64,000 nucleotides of DNA from a bacterium (GTDB lineage: Bacteria > Calditrichota > Calditrichia > RBG-13-44-9 > J042): assembly GCA_015485355.1 (NCBI GenBank), contig WFTQ01000065.1:17391-81390 (forward strand), read 5' to 3'. Positions 49,501 to 63,165 of this stretch are shown piece by piece. Position 1 is the stretch's first letter; each line of letters opens with the position of its first letter. The notes under the pieces were generated by a model. That model was not told the DNA's origin. It did no database searches and saw only the letters and a program-made list of their open reading frames with translations. A program made the translations under genes and the position numbers.

Positions 49501-50315
49501 CGGAATACAAGGTTTTGTTGCGGGAGATCGAAAACGATTTGCGTACCGAAAAGCACAAGATCATGATCGGCGATGAACTGCCGCCAGGAATTGTTCAGCT
49601 GGCAAAGGTATATGTGGCGCAGAAGCGTAAACTGAAGGTGGGCGATAAGATGGCGGGTCGCCACGGAAATAAGGGGGTGGTCGCCAAGATTGTCCCCATC
49701 GAGGACATGCCGTTCCTACCCGATGGCACTCCCGTGGATATTGTGTTGAATCCCCTGGGGGTACCCTCACGCATGAATCTGGGGCAGATATTTGAAACGA
49801 CTTTGGGTTGGGCCGGAAAGGTGCTGAATCGGTATTATGCCACACCGGTGTTCGATGGCGCCACTTATGAAGAAGTGCTGGAAGAGATGCGCCAGGCTGG
49901 TTTGCCGTTAACCGGAAAGATGAAAATTTACGATGGTCAGACCGGTGAACCCTTCGATCAGGAAGTAACCATCGGCTATATTTACATGATGAAGCTTTCT
50001 CACATGGTAGACGATAAAATTCACGCACGTTCGATCGGTCCCTACTCGCTGATTACTCAACAACCATTGGGCGGTAAGGCGCAATTTGGTGGTCAGCGGT
50101 TTGGAGAAATGGAAGTTTGGGCGCTGGAAGCTTACGGAGCGGCTTACACGCTGCAGGAAATTCTGACCTACAAAAGTGATGATGTTCAGGGCCGGACCCG
50201 GGTCTACGAGGCGATTGTGAAAGGAGATAATCTACCCGAACCAGGTCGACCAGAGTCATTCAATGTTTTGGTAAAAGAGTTGCAAGGGTTGGGGCTGGAT
50301 GTTAAGGTGGAGTAA
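46530..50315 (+). CDS. rpoB: RNA polymerase beta subunit
   Basis: [36 protein letters not shown] (start may be 46539 or 46542). Confidence 0.99.
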   Translation: MVPLMDNSLIKRKSFSKIPTIIEYPNLLDIQLKSFAEFLQEDKAPAEREDKGLQAVFLNIFPIVDSRENFILDFVEYYIDKPKYSVQECRERGLTYAVPLKAKLRLSIKDPTGETDEYTETIEQDVYLGNIPYMTERGTFVINGAERVIVNQLHRAPGVFFDESIHPNGTKIFSARIIPFRGSWVEFMTDVNDNLHVYIDRKKKFYVTTFLRALGFKTDQEILQLFDLVDEVELLKTDTLSLVGRKTVEDVVDEKTGEVLVEAGTVLDEDVIEALKNKKVHTIKLVQVNDPSMPNIVLNTLEKDPAKTEEAALRTIYELLRSGEPPDMDTARDLLKKMFFNPKRYELGAVGRYRLNKKLGLDIDYETTVLTTQDFVEIIRYLIELREGRRTTDDIDHLGNRRVRTVGEQLAAQFNLGLTRMARTIKERMNLGDAETLTPQELVNARAITSVINTFFGTSQLSQFMDQTNPLSELTHKRRMSALGPGGLTRERAGFEVRDIHYTHYGRLCPIETPEGPNIGLISSLSVLGRVNDFGFIETPYRKVKDAKVTDEIEFLSADDEERAVIAQFNAPVDPQSGKFTRNLVKVRKRGDFLVVPPEEVQYIDVASNQILSASASLIPFVEHDDANRALMGSNMQRQAVPLIRTEAPVVGTGMEAKVARDSGALLVSDVDGVVEKVDAERIVIRVNPDTIDDPRQILTGEAQRVEYRLLKFVRTNQNTCINQRPLVNQGDAVKKGQVLADGPATDRGELALGKNILVAFMPWNGYNFEDAIVISERIARDDVYTSIHIEEFEIQVRDTKRGEEELTREIPNVSEEATKNLDENGIIRIGAEVKAGDILVGKVTPKGETEPTPEEKLLKAIFGSKAGDVKDASLKLPAGMQGIVIDAKLFSRKKKDPRTKKEDKKKIEQLEKEAEEKIIAIQKRLRKYLYDKFKDIPTKGIKTKLDKYLVKPGDKITAKTFEKVEIDLIDYLEAWFDDDEKNDKVRKLFSEYKVLLREIENDLRTEKHKIMIGDELPPGIVQLAKVYVAQKRKLKVGDKMAGRHGNKGVVAKIVPIEDMPFLPDGTPVDIVLNPLGVPSRMNLGQIFETTLGWAGKVLNRYYATPVFDGATYEEVLEEMRQAGLPLTGKMKIYDGQTGEPFDQEVTIGYIYMMKLSHMVDDKIHARSIGPYSLITQQPLGGKAQFGGQRFGEMEVWALEAYGAAYTLQEILTYKSDDVQGRTRVYEAIVKGDNLPEPGRPESFNVLVKELQGLGLDVKVE

Positions 50316-50385
50316 ACCCAACAAACCCCTAAATTGTATGTAGATTATTTCCTTAAAAACAAACCAAAATAAAACGTTTAAGGAG

Positions 50386-53300
50386 ATGGTTGACTTGGAA
50401 ACTTATTTGCAAAAAGGCCAGATTTCAAAGATTTCCATCGGTTTGGCTTCCCCCAGTGCCATATTGGAGAAAAGTTATGGGGAAGTTACCAAGCCCGAGA
50501 CCATTAATTACCGCTCCTTTAAGCCGGAAAAGGACGGGCTGTTTTGCGAAAAGATTTTCGGTCCGGTCAAGGATTATGAATGTCATTGCGGCAAATACAA
50601 ACGAATTCGCTACAAAGGCATCATCTGCGACCGCTGTGGAGTGGAGGTAACCACCAAAGCCGTGCGCCGGGAACGGATGGGGCACATCAGTCTGGCCGTG
50701 CCCATCGTGCACATCTGGTATTTTCGTTCCACCCCATCCAAAATCGGATATCTGCTCAATATCTCTCCCAAGGATCTGGAAAAAATCATTTACTACGAAG
50801 CGTATGTGGTCATTCAGCCGGGTGCGACCGGTTACAGTGTCGGGGATTTGCTGACGGAGGAGGAATACCTGAATGCCGTTGAAGGGCTTTCTCCGGAAGA
50901 GAAGAACTTGCCGGAGGATCACCCGGATAAGTTCATTGCCAAAATGGGCGGAGAAGCCATTCGGGACATGTTGCGACGCATCGATGTGGAGAAATTGGCC
51001 GATGAATTGCGCACCATTTTAAAGACCGAGCGTTCCCAGCAAAAGAAGCTGGAGGCGCTGAAACGTTTGAAAGTGGTCGAGGCCTTCCGAACCCGGGAAA
51101 ACGGCGAATATAAAAACAAACCCGAGTGGATGGTGCTGGATGTTATACCCGTGATTCCTCCGGAATTGCGGCCGTTGGTGCCCTTAGAGGGGGGGCGTTT
51201 TGCCACCTCCGATCTGAACGATCTGTACCGCCGGGTGATCATTCGAAACAATCGATTGAAAAAATTAATGGACATCAAGGCGCCGGAAGTTATTTTGCGA
51301 AACGAAAAGCGCATGCTTCAGGAGGCCGTGGATGCCCTGTTCGACAATACCAAGCGGACCACGGCCGTGCGGAGCGATGGCAACCGACCCCTGAAGTCGC
51401 TTTCGGATATGCTGCGCGGTAAACAGGGACGCTTCCGGCTCAACCTGCTGGGAAAACGGGTGGATTATTCCGGCCGTTCGGTGATTGTGGTGGGTCCCAA
51501 ACTGAAACTTTATGAATGTGGGTTACCCAAGGAAATGGCCGTGGAGTTGTTCAAACCGTTTATCATCCGCAAATTGCAAGACCGTCGGATCGTGAAAACG
51601 GTGAAGAGTGCCAAACGGATTGTGGAACGTCGGGATGCCGTGGTGTTCGAGATTCTGGAAGAGATCGTCAAAGATCATCCGGTTCTTTTGAACCGGGCAC
51701 CGACCCTGCACCGACTGGGGATTCAGGCCTTTCAACCCGTTTTGATCGAAGGGAAGGCTATCGAAATTCATCCCTTGGTTTGCACCGCCTTTAATGCCGA
51801 CTTTGACGGAGACCAGATGGCCGTCCATGTGCCCCTTAGCTTCGAGGCGCAAATGGAGGCCCGTTTGCTCATGCTGGCCTCGCATAATATCCTCTCGCCG
51901 GCCAACGGAAGGCCCCTGGCCACCCCCAGTCAGGATATGGTGTTGGGGAGCTACTACCTGACCAAAGAAAAAAGCGGGGTGAAGGGCGAAGGCAAAATCT
52001 TTGCCTCTCCCGAAGAAGTCGTGATCGCCTATAACGATGACAAAGTAGACCTCCACGCCATCATCAAGGTCCGAATCAACGGCGAATTAATCGAAACCAC
52101 CGTGGGTCGGGTGCTCTTCAATCAGATCATTCCCGATGAGATGGGATTTATCAATGAGTTGATGTCCAAAAAAAACCTGGAGCAACTGGTTTCTAATGTG
52201 ATGTTAAAAGCGGGTAACCTGCGCACGGTGGAGTTTCTGGATGATTTAAAAGAACTGGGTTTTCGCTATGCCACGCTGGCCGGTACCAGCATTGGACTGG
52301 ATGACGTGGTGATTCCCAAGAGCAAATACGATATTATTGAAAAGGCGTATGAAGAGGTTCAGCAACTGGAAGAACAGTACCGGATGGGCTTGATTACGGA
52401 TGGGGAACGCTATAATAAGGTGATCGATATCTGGACGCGGGTCACCGAACAGGTTTCCACGGAACTGTTCAAATTGCTGGAGTCCCATAAGGATGGGTTT
52501 AACAGTCTCTACATGATGTCGCACTCAGGTGCCCGGGGCAGCCGGGAACAGATTCGCCAGCTGGCCGGGATGCGTGGCCTGATGGCCAAGCCCCAAAAAA
52601 CCCTCACCGGGCAGACGGGTGAGATTATCGAAAACCCGATCACGGCGAACTTTTTCGAAGGGCTATCGGTGCAGGAATACTTCATCTCCACCCACGGTGC
52701 CCGCAAAGGGTTGGCCGATACGGCCCTGAAAACCGCCGATGCCGGGTATCTGACCCGCCGATTGGTAGACGTGGCCCAGGATGTCATGATTACCGAGTAC
52801 GATTGTGGCACGATTCTGGGCATCGAAACGTTTCCCATCAAAGAAGGCGAAAAGATCATCGAACCGCTGTCCGATCGGGTGCTGGGGCGGGTGTCGGTGG
52901 ACGATGTGTATGATCCTCTGACCGGTGAGTTGATCGTGAAAGCCGGGCAGTTGATTGACGAGGATGTTGCCAGAAAGATCGATGAGTCGGTCATCGATTC
53001 GATCAAGATCCGCTCGGTATTGACCTGCGAGTCGACCCGAGGGGTCTGTGCCATGTGTTATGGCCGGAATCTGGCCACGGGACGCCTGGTGGATATCGGC
53101 GAAGCGGTGGGAGTGATGGCGGCACAGAGTATCGGTGAACCGGGTACCCAGTTGACCCTGCGAACGTTCCACATCGGTGGAACCGCCGGCCGAATCGCCG
53201 CCCAGTCCGAGGTGTTTGCCAAAGTGGCCGGTACCATCAAGTATGAAAACATCCGTTACCTGGATACCGAGATCGAGGAAGAGGGCGAGTGGCAGCAGGT

Positions 53301-54633
53301 GAAAATCAGCCTGGTCCGCAACGGGGTGATTCATATCGCCGACGATACCGGCCGTACGCTGACCCATTACACCGTGCCCTACGGCGCGAAAATTTTGGTC
53401 GAAGACGGCCAAAAAGTCAAACGGGGCCACATCCTGTTCGAATGGGATCCTTACTCTTCGGTCATCCTGACGGAAAAAGGGGGGCGAGTACAGTATGTGG
53501 ATCTGGTGGAAAATGTGACCGTTCGCGAAGAGGTGGATGAACAAACCCTGCAGCGGCAGCGAGTGGTCATCGAGTCCCGAAACAAAAACCTGAGCCCCCA
53601 TATTTCGATACTGGATGAAGACGGCAATGAAATTGCCAGTTATATTCTGCCGCAAAAGGCGCACATCCTGGTGAACGAGGGTGAAGCGGTGAAGCCCGGA
53701 CACGTGATCGCCAAAATTCCTCGCGAGATCGGCCGAACCCGAGACATCACCGGTGGGTTGCCCCGGGTGGCCGAATTGTTCGAAGCACGAAAACCCAAAG
53801 AGCAGGCCATTGTCAGCGAAATCGACGGCATTGTGCGCTTCGGGCCGATCAAGCGCGGGATTCGAGAAATTACCGTAGAAGGAAAGCTGGAAAAGAAAAA
53901 GTACTTGATCCCTTATAGTAAGCACGTGCTGGTGCACAACGGCGATTACGTGAAAGCCGGAGAGATGCTCACGGATGGTTCCATTTCTCCCCAGGACATT
54001 CTGCAAATTCTGGGCCCCAATAAGGTGCAGGAATATCTGTTGAACGAGATTCAAGAAGTGTACCGCCTGCAGGGCGTACGCATCAACGACAAACACATCG
54101 AAATTATTGTGCGCCAGATGATGCAGCGGGTGAAGGTTGTGGATCCGGGTGACACGCGTTTTCTGGAAGGCGATACGGTCAACAAATTCACCTTTAACGA
54201 AGAGAACGAGAAGATTCGTAACAAGGTGATCATAGTCGATCCCGGGGATTCCCGGTTTAAGAAGCGGCAGCTGGTCGAACGGGTAAAATTTGAGTATACC
54301 AATCGGCAATTGACCAAGGCGGATAAGAAACCGGCGGAGGCTCGTCCGGCGGAACCGGCCACCGCCGAACCCATTTTGCTGGGCATCACCCAGGCGGCGC
54401 TGTCGACCGACAGCTTCATTTCCGCGGCATCGTTTCAGGAGACCACGCGGGTGCTTACCGATGCCGCCGTGGCCGGCAAAGTGGATTACCTGTACGGCTT
54501 GAAAGAAAATGTCATTGTGGGGAACCTGATACCGGCCGGCACCGGGCTGAAAAAGTATAAACAACTTCAGGTGGAATACAAAGAAGAAACCGGCAAAGAA
54601 GAGGAAGTTCCCGAAGAAGTCCCGGCTAAATAG
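50386..54633 (+). CDS. rpoC: RNA polymerase beta' subunit
   Basis: [11 protein letters not shown], Zn-binding CxC..CxxC, SAASFQET. Confidence 0.99.
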   Translation: MVDLETYLQKGQISKISIGLASPSAILEKSYGEVTKPETINYRSFKPEKDGLFCEKIFGPVKDYECHCGKYKRIRYKGIICDRCGVEVTTKAVRRERMGHISLAVPIVHIWYFRSTPSKIGYLLNISPKDLEKIIYYEAYVVIQPGATGYSVGDLLTEEEYLNAVEGLSPEEKNLPEDHPDKFIAKMGGEAIRDMLRRIDVEKLADELRTILKTERSQQKKLEALKRLKVVEAFRTRENGEYKNKPEWMVLDVIPVIPPELRPLVPLEGGRFATSDLNDLYRRVIIRNNRLKKLMDIKAPEVILRNEKRMLQEAVDALFDNTKRTTAVRSDGNRPLKSLSDMLRGKQGRFRLNLLGKRVDYSGRSVIVVGPKLKLYECGLPKEMAVELFKPFIIRKLQDRRIVKTVKSAKRIVERRDAVVFEILEEIVKDHPVLLNRAPTLHRLGIQAFQPVLIEGKAIEIHPLVCTAFNADFDGDQMAVHVPLSFEAQMEARLLMLASHNILSPANGRPLATPSQDMVLGSYYLTKEKSGVKGEGKIFASPEEVVIAYNDDKVDLHAIIKVRINGELIETTVGRVLFNQIIPDEMGFINELMSKKNLEQLVSNVMLKAGNLRTVEFLDDLKELGFRYATLAGTSIGLDDVVIPKSKYDIIEKAYEEVQQLEEQYRMGLITDGERYNKVIDIWTRVTEQVSTELFKLLESHKDGFNSLYMMSHSGARGSREQIRQLAGMRGLMAKPQKTLTGQTGEIIENPITANFFEGLSVQEYFISTHGARKGLADTALKTADAGYLTRRLVDVAQDVMITEYDCGTILGIETFPIKEGEKIIEPLSDRVLGRVSVDDVYDPLTGELIVKAGQLIDEDVARKIDESVIDSIKIRSVLTCESTRGVCAMCYGRNLATGRLVDIGEAVGVMAAQSIGEPGTQLTLRTFHIGGTAGRIAAQSEVFAKVAGTIKYENIRYLDTEIEEEGEWQQVKISLVRNGVIHIADDTGRTLTHYTVPYGAKILVEDGQKVKRGHILFEWDPYSSVILTEKGGRVQYVDLVENVTVREEVDEQTLQRQRVVIESRNKNLSPHISILDEDGNEIASYILPQKAHILVNEGEAVKPGHVIAKIPREIGRTRDITGGLPRVAELFEARKPKEQAIVSEIDGIVRFGPIKRGIREITVEGKLEKKKYLIPYSKHVLVHNGDYVKAGEMLTDGSISPQDILQILGPNKVQEYLLNEIQEVYRLQGVRINDKHIEIIVRQMMQRVKVVDPGDTRFLEGDTVNKFTFNEENEKIRNKVIIVDPGDSRFKKRQLVERVKFEYTNRQLTKADKKPAEARPAEPATAEPILLGITQAALSTDSFISAASFQETTRVLTDAAVAGKVDYLYGLKENVIVGNLIPAGTGLKKYKQLQVEYKEETGKEEEVPEEVPAK

Positions 54634-54646
54634 GCCGGGTTTTCTT
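54621..54646 (+). terminator. Putative intrinsic terminator overlapping rpoC stop
   Basis: CCCGGC-TAAATAG-GCCGGG followed by TTTTCTT. Confidence 0.5.
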
Positions 54647-54670
54647 ATGGCCATAAAAATTTATTTATAA

Positions 54671-54699
54671 TTGATTAAGCTATATCGGTTTCGTAAATT
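54671..54699 (+). promoter_or_regulatory. Putative rpsL operon promoter
   Basis: TTGATT-N17-TAAATT. Confidence 0.55.
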
Positions 54700-54735
54700 T
54701 TAAGGCTCTGTCTTTTTAGGCAAAGGAGGAGAAAG

Positions 54736-55110
54736 TTGCCAACGATTAACCAGATTATTCGGTTTGGTCGCAAGAAGCTGGAAAAGAAAAACAAGGCGCC
54801 CGCATTGAGCGGTTGTCCTCAAAAACGGGGTGTGTGCACCCGTGTATATACCACGACGCCCAAGAAGCCCAATTCGGCGTTGCGCAAGGTGGCACGGGTA
54901 CGGTTGACCAATGGGGTTGAGGTCACTGCCTATATCCCCGGTGAAGGGCATAACTTGCAGGAGCACTCCATCGTGCTGATCCGGGGCGGCCGCGTGAAGG
55001 ATCTGCCCGGGGTGCGCTACCATGTCATTCGAGGGACGTTGGATGCCGCCGGGGTGGAAGACCGGAAGAAAGGCCGATCCAAATACGGGACCAAAAGGCC
55101 AAAACAATAA
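54736..55110 (+). CDS. rpsL: 30S ribosomal protein S12
   Basis: TTG start; [17 protein letters not shown]. Confidence 0.99.
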   Translation: MPTINQIIRFGRKKLEKKNKAPALSGCPQKRGVCTRVYTTTPKKPNSALRKVARVRLTNGVEVTAYIPGEGHNLQEHSIVLIRGGRVKDLPGVRYHVIRGTLDAAGVEDRKKGRSKYGTKRPKQ

Positions 55111-55596
<486 letters not shown>

Positions 55597-55631
55597 GATG
55601 TATCACGGGTGAATGAAGGATTGATGGATCG

Positions 55632-57716
55632 ATGTCGAAGCGTTTTCCGTTAGAAAAATTGCGCAATATAGGCATTATGGCTCATATCGATGCCGGTAAA
55701 ACGACCACCACGGAACGGATTTTGTTCTATACCGGTCGGGTGCATCGAATGGGCGAAGTCCATGAGGGATCGGCCACCATGGACTGGATGGAGCAGGAAA
55801 AAGAGCGCGGCATTACCATCACTTCCGCCGCCACCACCTGTTTCTGGCGGGATCATCGAATCAATATTATCGATACACCGGGACACGTGGATTTCACCGC
55901 GGAGGTAGAACGTTCCTTACGCGTTTTGGATGGTGCGGTTGCCCTGTTTTGCGCCGTTGGCGGGGTCGAACCCCAATCGGAAACCGTGTGGCGCCAGGCG
56001 GACAAATACGGGGTGCCTCGAATTGCCTTTGTCAACAAGATGGATCGGGTGGGAGCCGATTTCTACAACGTGGTGGAAATGATGAAGGTGCGGCTGGGGG
56101 CCCATCCGGTGCCGGTGCAAATTCCTCTGGGGGCCGGCGAGTTGTTCACCGGATTGGTGGATCTGGTCAAGATGAAAGCGGTGATCTACGACGAAAGTAG
56201 TCTGGGCACGCGCTGGTACGAGGAAGAAATCCCCCGCGATCTGATGGAACGGGTGGAAACCTACCGAACCCTTCTGGTGGAGGCCGCCGCAGAGTTTGAT
56301 GATCACTTGATGGAAAAATATCTGGATGGGGAAGAAATCAGCGAACAAGAGCTCAAGGCCGCCATACGGAAAGGAACATTGCAGAATCATCTGGTCCCGG
56401 TGTTGCTGGGTTCGGCGTTTAAGAATAAAGGGATCCAACGGCTCTTGGACGCCGTGATCGATTATCTGCCTTCCCCTCTGGATGTGGCCGCGGTAAAAGG
56501 GGTGGATCCGCGTACGGATAAAACGGTGGAGCGTCCCGTGTCCGACGATGCTCCCTTTACCGCCCTGGCGTTCAAAATCATGACCGACCCTTACGTAGGA
56601 AAGCTGACCTTCTTTCGGGTGTACAGCGGGTCGGCCAAAGCGGGTTCCTATGTCTACAACACCGCTTCGGGTAAAAAGGAGCGCTTTGGACGGCTCCTGC
56701 AAATGCATGCTAACCATCGGGAAGACATCGATGAAGTGTTTACCGGGGACATCGCCGCCGCGGTGGGGCTGAAGTTTACCAAGACCGGCGATACTCTGTG
56801 TGATCCCCACAAGCCCATTATTCTGGAATCCATGAAGTTCCCCGAACCGGTGATTTCGGTGGCTATTGAGCCCAAGTCCAAGGCGGATGCCGATAAATTG
56901 AGCGAGGCCCTGAGTAAATTGAGTGATGAGGACCCCACCTTCCGGGTATCCAGCGATGAGGAAACGGGCCAGACACTTATTAGTGGAATGGGGGAATTGC
57001 ATCTGGAAATCATTGTGGATCGGCTGCTGAGGGAATTTAGGGTGGGTGCCCGGGTCGGCCGTCCCCAGGTGGCCTACAAAGAAACCATCACGCGATCCGA
57101 AAAGGCCGAGGGCAGATTTGTCCGGCAAACCGGGGGACGGGGACAATATGGTCATGTGTGGATCGAAATGGAACCGAACGAGAAGGGGAAGGGGTTCGAA
57201 TTCGTCAATAAGATCGTCGGCGGGGTCATCCCCAAGGAGTTTATTCCTTCCGTGAAGCTGGGCATAGAGGATGCCCTTAAAAATGGTGTTTTGGCCGGCT
57301 ATCCGGTGGTTGATGTGAGGGTGACGCTGTTTGATGGATCCTATCATGAAGTGGATTCCAGCGAAATGGCCTTTCGGGTCGCCGGCTCGATGGCGGCCAA
57401 GGAGGCCTTGCGCAAAGCCGGTCCCATCCTGCTGGAACCCATTATGGAAGTGGAAGTGGTGGTTCCGGAAGAGTATATGGGCGATGTCATCGGCGACTTG
57501 AACGCCCGCCGCGGCAAGGTTACGGGGATATTGCCGCGCAAGGATGCCCAGGTGGTCGAGGCGCTGGTACCCCTGGCGGAAATGTTCGGGTATGCAACCC
57601 GTTTGCGCTCTTTGACTCAAGGGCGTGCCATTTACACGATGCAATTTCATCATTACGATACAGTGCCCCAGGAAATTGCGGATACGATCATCGAGAACAT
57701 TATAACGAACCAATAA
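55632..57716 (+). CDS. fusA: Elongation factor G
   Basis: [24 protein letters not shown]. Confidence 0.99.
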   Translation: MSKRFPLEKLRNIGIMAHIDAGKTTTTERILFYTGRVHRMGEVHEGSATMDWMEQEKERGITITSAATTCFWRDHRINIIDTPGHVDFTAEVERSLRVLDGAVALFCAVGGVEPQSETVWRQADKYGVPRIAFVNKMDRVGADFYNVVEMMKVRLGAHPVPVQIPLGAGELFTGLVDLVKMKAVIYDESSLGTRWYEEEIPRDLMERVETYRTLLVEAAAEFDDHLMEKYLDGEEISEQELKAAIRKGTLQNHLVPVLLGSAFKNKGIQRLLDAVIDYLPSPLDVAAVKGVDPRTDKTVERPVSDDAPFTALAFKIMTDPYVGKLTFFRVYSGSAKAGSYVYNTASGKKERFGRLLQMHANHREDIDEVFTGDIAAAVGLKFTKTGDTLCDPHKPIILESMKFPEPVISVAIEPKSKADADKLSEALSKLSDEDPTFRVSSDEETGQTLISGMGELHLEIIVDRLLREFRVGARVGRPQVAYKETITRSEKAEGRFVRQTGGRGQYGHVWIEMEPNEKGKGFEFVNKIVGGVIPKEFIPSVKLGIEDALKNGVLAGYPVVDVRVTLFDGSYHEVDSSEMAFRVAGSMAAKEALRKAGPILLEPIMEVEVVVPEEYMGDVIGDLNARRGKVTGILPRKDAQVVEALVPLAEMFGYATRLRSLTQGRAIYTMQFHHYDTVPQEIADTIIENIITNQ

Positions 57717-57733
57717 ACGGGAGAGGTGGAACG

Positions 57734-58042
57734 GTGCCTGGTCAGAGTATTCGTATAAAGTTGAAGGCTTATGATCATCATTTGATCGATAAGTCGGCGG
57801 AAAAGATCATTACCACGGCCAAGGCGACGGGGGCTTTGATATCGGGTCCGATTCCGTTGCCGACCAAGCGGAGTCTGTTCACCGTGTTGCGTTCACCGCA
57901 TATTGATAAAAAGTCGCGCGAACAATTTGAAATGAAAGTACACAAACGTCTGATCGACATTCACAATGCAACGAACAAAACCATCGATCAGCTCATGAAG
58001 TTAGAATTACCCGCAGGGGTGGACATCGAGATCAAGACGTGA
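57734..58042 (+). CDS. rpsJ: 30S ribosomal protein S10
   Basis: [22 protein letters not shown]. Confidence 0.99.
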   Translation: MPGQSIRIKLKAYDHHLIDKSAEKIITTAKATGALISGPIPLPTKRSLFTVLRSPHIDKKSREQFEMKVHKRLIDIHNATNKTIDQLMKLELPAGVDIEIKT

Positions 58043-58075
58043 GGATTGGGGATAGAAAACGCTCTGGAGAGAATT

Positions 58076-58696
58076 ATGGGTGGATTGATCGGCAAAAAAA
58101 TCGGCATGACCCGGATCTTTGATCAGGATGGAAACATCGTGCCGGTAACCGTGATTCAGGCGGGTCCCTGCTATGTCACCCAGGTCAAAACCGTCGATCG
58201 GGATGGCTACGAGGCCGTTCAGCTGGGATTCGAGGTAAAGAAGGAAAAAAACACCACCCGGCCATTGTTGGGGCATTTTAAAAAGGCCCATGTGCCACCA
58301 TTGCGTCGGTTAAAAGAATTTCCTCCCTTCAAGGATCGGGAGTTGAAGGTGGGGGATCAGGTGACGGTGGAAATTTTTCAACCCGGAGAAATCGTTAAGG
58401 TGTCGGGCACCAGTAAGGGGCGCGGTTTTGCTGGTGTGGTAAAGCGGCACGGTTTCGGTGGTGGCCCCAAAACGCATGGTCAGTCGGATCGGTTGCGAGC
58501 ACCGGGTTCGATCGGTCAAAGTTCGTTTCCTTCGAAAGTTTTTAAAGGCATGCGCATGGCCGGGCGCATGGGGAATCGTCGAGTCTCTGTGCTGGGATTG
58601 CAGGTGGTTAAAGTCGACCCGGAAAAGAACTTGCTTTTTATCAAAGGGGCCGTTCCCGGGGCCCGGAACCATTATGTGGAAATTTATAAACGGTAA
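58076..58696 (+). CDS. rplC: 50S ribosomal protein L3
   Basis: [22 protein letters not shown]. Confidence 0.98.
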   Translation: MGGLIGKKIGMTRIFDQDGNIVPVTVIQAGPCYVTQVKTVDRDGYEAVQLGFEVKKEKNTTRPLLGHFKKAHVPPLRRLKEFPPFKDRELKVGDQVTVEIFQPGEIVKVSGTSKGRGFAGVVKRHGFGGGPKTHGQSDRLRAPGSIGQSSFPSKVFKGMRMAGRMGNRRVSVLGLQVVKVDPEKNLLFIKGAVPGARNHYVEIYKR

Positions 58697-58737
58697 TTAA
58701 CCAGGTAACGGTGAAACAGTAAAAGTTGGGTAAAGCT

Positions 58738-59367
58738 ATGGAGCTGGACGTTTACAAACTGGACGGGAGTAAAAGCGGAGAAAAGGTGACCTTAAATCCC
58801 GAGGTGTTTGAAATACCGCCCAATGATCATGTCCTGTACCTTGCGGTAAAGGCGTATCTGGCCAATCGGCGTCAGGGGACCAGTAGTGTCAAGAATCGGG
58901 CCGCGGTTTCTGGCGGGGGACGGAAACCGTTTCGCCAGAAGGGCACCGGGCGAGCCCGCCAGGGAACCATCCGTGCGCCCCACATGGTGGGTGGTGGTCG
59001 GGCCTTTGGGCCGCATCCGCGGGATTACCGTCAGGATTTACCTAAAAAGGTAAAGCGCTTGGCCCGCAAATCGGCCTTGAGCTATAAGGCCAGGGAAAAC
59101 AAGATTGTGGTGGTCGAGGATTTCAAGTTCGAGGAACCCAAGACCAAAAAAGTTGTGGAATTGTTGAAGAACCTGAATGTTGAAGATCGGAAAGTGCTGT
59201 TTTTAACGGCGGATTATGATCCCAATTTCTATAAATCCGCCCGCAATATTCCCTACAAATCGGTGTTGAAGGCACCTGAATTTTCCACATACGATATTAT
59301 CAATGCCCAGGTGCTGATCTTTCAAAAAAGCGCGGTGGAACGGGTAAACGAGGTGCTGGCGAAATGA
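58738..59367 (+). CDS. rplD: 50S ribosomal protein L4
   Basis: [11 protein letters not shown]. Confidence 0.98.
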   Translation: MELDVYKLDGSKSGEKVTLNPEVFEIPPNDHVLYLAVKAYLANRRQGTSSVKNRAAVSGGGRKPFRQKGTGRARQGTIRAPHMVGGGRAFGPHPRDYRQDLPKKVKRLARKSALSYKARENKIVVVEDFKFEEPKTKKVVELLKNLNVEDRKVLFLTADYDPNFYKSARNIPYKSVLKAPEFSTYDIINAQVLIFQKSAVERVNEVLAK

Positions 59368-59666
59368 GGGACCCAAGAGATATCATCATCGAACCGGTGT
59401 TAACGGAAAAGGCCTTGCGGCTGAAGGACGAGGCCAATCAGTATGTCTTCAAGGTTGCCAGGGATGCGAATAAGATTGAAATCAAGAGGGCTCTGGAAGT
59501 CCGTTTTGATGTGAAAGTGAAAAGCGTACGTACCATGATTGTGAAAGGCAAGCCCCGGCAGCGGTTCACCCGATCGGGGCGCGTTCAGGGGTATACCTCC
59601 AGCTGGAAAAAGGCGATCGTTACCCTGGAGGAAGGCAGTCAATTCGATTTTCTGGAAAACGTATAG
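59364..59666 (+). CDS. rplW: 50S ribosomal protein L23
   Basis: PVLTEK, ANKIEIK, WKKAIVTL. Confidence 0.98.
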   Translation: MRDPRDIIIEPVLTEKALRLKDEANQYVFKVARDANKIEIKRALEVRFDVKVKSVRTMIVKGKPRQRFTRSGRVQGYTSSWKKAIVTLEEGSQFDFLENV

Positions 59667-59686
59667 GATAGCACTGGAGAGCCGAC

Positions 59687-60511
59687 ATGGGACTGAAGAA
59701 ATACAAACCCATTACACCGGGACTCCGCTTCCGGATTGATGTGACCCGTGAGGACCTTACCGCGGATGAGCCGGAGCGTTCGTTGGTTTATCGCATTCCT
59801 CGAACGGGTGGCAGGAACAATCAGGGGCGTATAACCGCCTGGCAGCGTGGAGGGGGGCACCGGAAGCTTTATCGGAAGATCGATTTCAAACGCAACAAAC
59901 GCGATATTCCGGCTACCGTGAAGACCATTGAATACGATCCCAATCGCAGTGCCCGAATCGCCCTGCTGGCCTATGCCGATGGCGAAAAGCGATACATCCT
60001 GGCCCCCGATGGTCTGAAGGTCGGCGATCGGGTGATGGCCGGAGAAGAGGTGGAAATCAAGGTGGGGAATGCCCTGCCCCTGGCACGGATACCCTTGGGC
60101 ATGATGGTGCACAACATCGAGCTGTATCCCGGTAAAGGGGGGCAGGTGGCGCGCAGTGCCGGTACGGCCGCCCAGTTGATGGCCAAGGAGGGGGAATGGG
60201 CCCTGTTGAAAATGCCCTCCGGGGAAATTCGTAAATTCCGGATGGAGTGTTATGCCACCATCGGTCAGGTCAGTAACGTGGAGCACGTCAATGTTTCGCT
60301 GGGCAAGGCGGGGCGGGCCCGCTGGCGCGGCCGGCGACCCAACGTGCGGGGCGTGGCCATGAATCCCATCCATCACCCCATGGGTGGGGGCGAAGGACGT
60401 TCTTCGGGGGGGCGGCATCCCTGTTCCCCCTGGGGGAAACTGACGAAAGGATTGAAAACCCGCAAAAAACGGAAACCGTCGGATGCGCTGATTGTGAAAC
60501 GACGAAAATAA
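59687..60511 (+). CDS. rplB: 50S ribosomal protein L2
   Basis: [24 protein letters not shown]. Confidence 0.99.
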   Translation: MGLKKYKPITPGLRFRIDVTREDLTADEPERSLVYRIPRTGGRNNQGRITAWQRGGGHRKLYRKIDFKRNKRDIPATVKTIEYDPNRSARIALLAYADGEKRYILAPDGLKVGDRVMAGEEVEIKVGNALPLARIPLGMMVHNIELYPGKGGQVARSAGTAAQLMAKEGEWALLKMPSGEIRKFRMECYATIGQVSNVEHVNVSLGKAGRARWRGRRPNVRGVAMNPIHHPMGGGEGRSSGGRHPCSPWGKLTKGLKTRKKRKPSDALIVKRRK

Positions 60512-60525
60512 GCCGAGAGGATAGT

Positions 60526-60813
60526 ATGGCACGTTCATTGAAAAAAGGACCGTACATCGACCCCAAGTTGTTCAAGAAAATTCAAAAACTTAACGAGACC
60601 GGACAGAAAAGGGTGATTAAAACCTGGGCCCGGCGCAGCACCATTCCGCCGGAATTTGTGGGGCATACCATCGCGGTGCACAACGGGATTAAATTCATCC
60701 CGGTGTATATCAGCGAAAATATGGTCGGGCATAAGCTGGGGGAATTTGCTCCCACCCGTACCTATCGGGGGCACGGCGGTAAATTAGCAGAACGAATGTC
60801 GAAGGTTCGGTAA
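60526..60813 (+). CDS. rpsS: 30S ribosomal protein S19
   Basis: [16 protein letters not shown]. Confidence 0.99.
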   Translation: MARSLKKGPYIDPKLFKKIQKLNETGQKRVIKTWARRSTIPPEFVGHTIAVHNGIKFIPVYISENMVGHKLGEFAPTRTYRGHGGKLAERMSKVR

Positions 60814-60833
60814 GGAAAAGATCGAGGAAACCA

Positions 60834-61181
60834 ATGGAAGCCATTGCCAGAGAACGGTTTGTGCGCATCTCGCCCATTAAAGTGCGGCGGGTCGTCCATT
60901 TAATCAAACACAAGAATGTGGAAGAAGCGCTGAACATCTTGCATTTTACACCCAAACGGGCCGCCCGGGTGCTGGAGAAGGCTTTGCGCTCCGCCGTGGC
61001 AAATTTTTATGAAAAAGAAGAAGGCGCCAAAGTCGCGGCTCGGGAAATCTTTATTAAAAATGTTTATGTGGATAACGGTCCCATGTTGCGCCGCTTTCGT
61101 CCCATGTCCATGGGACGGGTTGGCCGTATCCGTCGACGGACCAGTCACATAACCATCATTCTGGAAAACAAACAGGGTTAA
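60834..61181 (+). CDS. rplV: 50S ribosomal protein L22
   Basis: RISPIKVR, SAVAN, TSHITI. Confidence 0.98.
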   Translation: MEAIARERFVRISPIKVRRVVHLIKHKNVEEALNILHFTPKRAARVLEKALRSAVANFYEKEEGAKVAAREIFIKNVYVDNGPMLRRFRPMSMGRVGRIRRRTSHITIILENKQG

Positions 61182-61200
61182 TTGAGCGGAGGAGTGCGCT

Positions 61201-61836
61201 TTGGGTCAAAAGACAAATCCAATAGGTTTTCGGTTAGGATTTATTAAAACCTGGAATTCCCAGTGGTTCAACGAGAAGAATTTTGCCAAAACGCTGAATG
61301 AGGATTTGTTCATCCGGCGTTATATCCGGCAGCGGTTTCGCGACGGTGCCGTATCCAAGATCGAAATAGAGCGCACCGCCAAGCGGATCTTGATCGACAT
61401 CCATACCGCTCGGCCGGGTGTGGTCATTGGGAAAAAAGGCGCCGAGGTGGATAAGCTGAAAGGGGAATTGGGCAAACTGATTGCTAAGGACGTGCAGATT
61501 AATATAACCGAAATTAAGCATCCCGAACTCGATGCCTTTTTGGTTGCCCAGAACATTGCCCGGCAGCTGGAGGGCAAAGTCTCCTTTCGCCGGGCCATGA
61601 AGCGTGCCATCACCGCGGCCATGCGTCTGGGAGCCGAAGGGATTAAAATCGCCTGTGCCGGACGTTTGGGTGGCGCCGAGATGGCTCGAACCGAAAGCTA
61701 TAAGGAGGGACGCATTCCCTTGCAAACCCTTCGGGCCGAAATCGATTATGCCACTACCACCGCCATTACCACCTACGGCACCATTGGGGTGAAGGTGTGG
61801 ATCTACCATGGAGATGTGATCGGGCGTAAATCGTAA
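61201..61836 (+). CDS. rpsC: 30S ribosomal protein S3
   Basis: TTG start; GQKTNPIGFRLG, GRLGGAEMAR. Confidence 0.99.
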   Translation: MGQKTNPIGFRLGFIKTWNSQWFNEKNFAKTLNEDLFIRRYIRQRFRDGAVSKIEIERTAKRILIDIHTARPGVVIGKKGAEVDKLKGELGKLIAKDVQINITEIKHPELDAFLVAQNIARQLEGKVSFRRAMKRAITAAMRLGAEGIKIACAGRLGGAEMARTESYKEGRIPLQTLRAEIDYATTTAITTYGTIGVKVWIYHGDVIGRKS

Positions 61837-61849
61837 GGAGAAATAGATC

Positions 61850-62278
61850 ATGTTGATGCCAAAACGGGTCAAATACCGGAAGCAACATCGGGGACGTATG
61901 AAAGGAAAGGCCAATCGGGGTAATACCCTGGCGTTTGGCCGTTACGGACTGAAGGCCCTGGAACCGCATTGGATTACCAGTCGCCAAATCGAAGCGGCCC
62001 GTGTGGCCATTACCCGATACATTAAGCGGGGGGGGAAGGTCTGGATCCGGATCTTTCCGGATAAGCCGGTGACCAAAAAGCCGGCCGAAACGCGGATGGG
62101 CAAGGGAAAGGGCTCGCCGGAATACTGGGTGGCCGTGGTGAAACCGGGACGCATTCTATTCGAACTGGAGGGCGTATCCCCGGAGATCGCCAAAGAAGCC
62201 ATGCGGCTGGCTTCCCATAAGTTGCCGATTAAAACCAAATTTGTGATGCGTGAGGAAAGCGGAGAATCGTCGCCATGA
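61850..62278 (+). CDS. rplP: 50S ribosomal protein L16
   Basis: [15 protein letters not shown]. Confidence 0.99.
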   Translation: MLMPKRVKYRKQHRGRMKGKANRGNTLAFGRYGLKALEPHWITSRQIEAARVAITRYIKRGGKVWIRIFPDKPVTKKPAETRMGKGKGSPEYWVAVVKPGRILFELEGVSPEIAKEAMRLASHKLPIKTKFVMREESGESSP

Positions 62279-62496
62279 AGGTCGAAGAATTGCGAAGCAT
62301 GCCCATTAAGGAATTACAGGATTTACTGGAAGATTTGAAGGATGAGCTGGCGAACCTGAGGATTCAGAAGGCCATGCATCAAATTGATAATCCCAACCGC
62401 ATTCGGCAGGTGAAGCGGGACATCGCCCGGGTGAAGACTTTGCTGCGGGAGTACGAGTTGGGAATTTCGAAGCCAAAACTGGAAACCAAAGAGTAG
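62275..62496 (+). CDS. rpmC: 50S ribosomal protein L29
   Basis: [19 protein letters not shown]. Confidence 0.97.
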   Translation: MKVEELRSMPIKELQDLLEDLKDELANLRIQKAMHQIDNPNRIRQVKRDIARVKTLLREYELGISKPKLETKE

Positions 62497-62503
62497 GTGT
62501 GAA

Positions 62504-62764
62504 ATGATGATGGAACGAGGTGTTCGTAAAACCCGTGTGGGCGTGGTGGTCAGCAATAAGATGGACAAAACCGTGGTGGTGGCTGTAGAGCGTCTGGTAA
62601 AACATCCGCTGTATAAAAAATACATCAAGCGCACCAAGAAGTTTAAAGCCCACGATGAGCGAAATGAATGCCAAGTGGGTGATAAGGTGAAAATCATGGA
62701 AGCACGACCTTTGAGCAAGACGAAACGTTGGCGGGTGGTGGAAATTTTGGAAAAAGTTAAGTAA
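62504..62764 (+). CDS. rpsQ: 30S ribosomal protein S17
   Basis: [23 protein letters not shown]. Confidence 0.98.
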   Translation: MMMERGVRKTRVGVVVSNKMDKTVVVAVERLVKHPLYKKYIKRTKKFKAHDERNECQVGDKVKIMEARPLSKTKRWRVVEILEKVK

Positions 62765-62783
62765 AACGAGTTGGGGTGGTATC

Positions 62784-63152
62784 ATGATTCAGGAATATAC
62801 ACGGCTAAATGTGGCGGATAACTCGGGTGCCAAGAAAGTCATGTGCATCCGGGTGCTGGGTGGGACCGGAAAGCGGTATGGTACCGTGGGTGATATCATC
62901 GTTGTGTCTGTCAAGAGCGCCATTCCCAATGCTCCCATCAAAAAGGGTGAGGTTTCCCGCGCCGTGATCGTTCGGACCAAGAAGGAAATTCGCCGAGAAG
63001 ACGGCTCCTACATCCGTTTCGATGAAAATGCGGCGGTGTTGCTGGACAATCAGGGAGAACCTCGGGGTACCCGCATTTTTGGGCCCGTGGCTCGGGAATT
63101 GCGGGAAAAGGATTTTATGAAAATCATTTCTTTGGCACCGGAAGTTCTTTGA
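62784..63152 (+). CDS. rplN: 50S ribosomal protein L14
   Basis: [23 protein letters not shown]. Confidence 0.99.
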   Translation: MIQEYTRLNVADNSGAKKVMCIRVLGGTGKRYGTVGDIIVVSVKSAIPNAPIKKGEVSRAVIVRTKKEIRREDGSYIRFDENAAVLLDNQGEPRGTRIFGPVARELREKDFMKIISLAPEVL

Positions 63153-63165
63153 GAGGAAGGAAAAG

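Noticed and set aside
52663-54654. 663-aa minus-strand ORF
   Set aside because: Codon-aligned antisense shadow of rpoC with no recognisable motifs; expected when TTA/CTA/TCA codons are rare
55917-57713. 598-aa minus-strand ORF
   Set aside because: Antisense shadow of fusA
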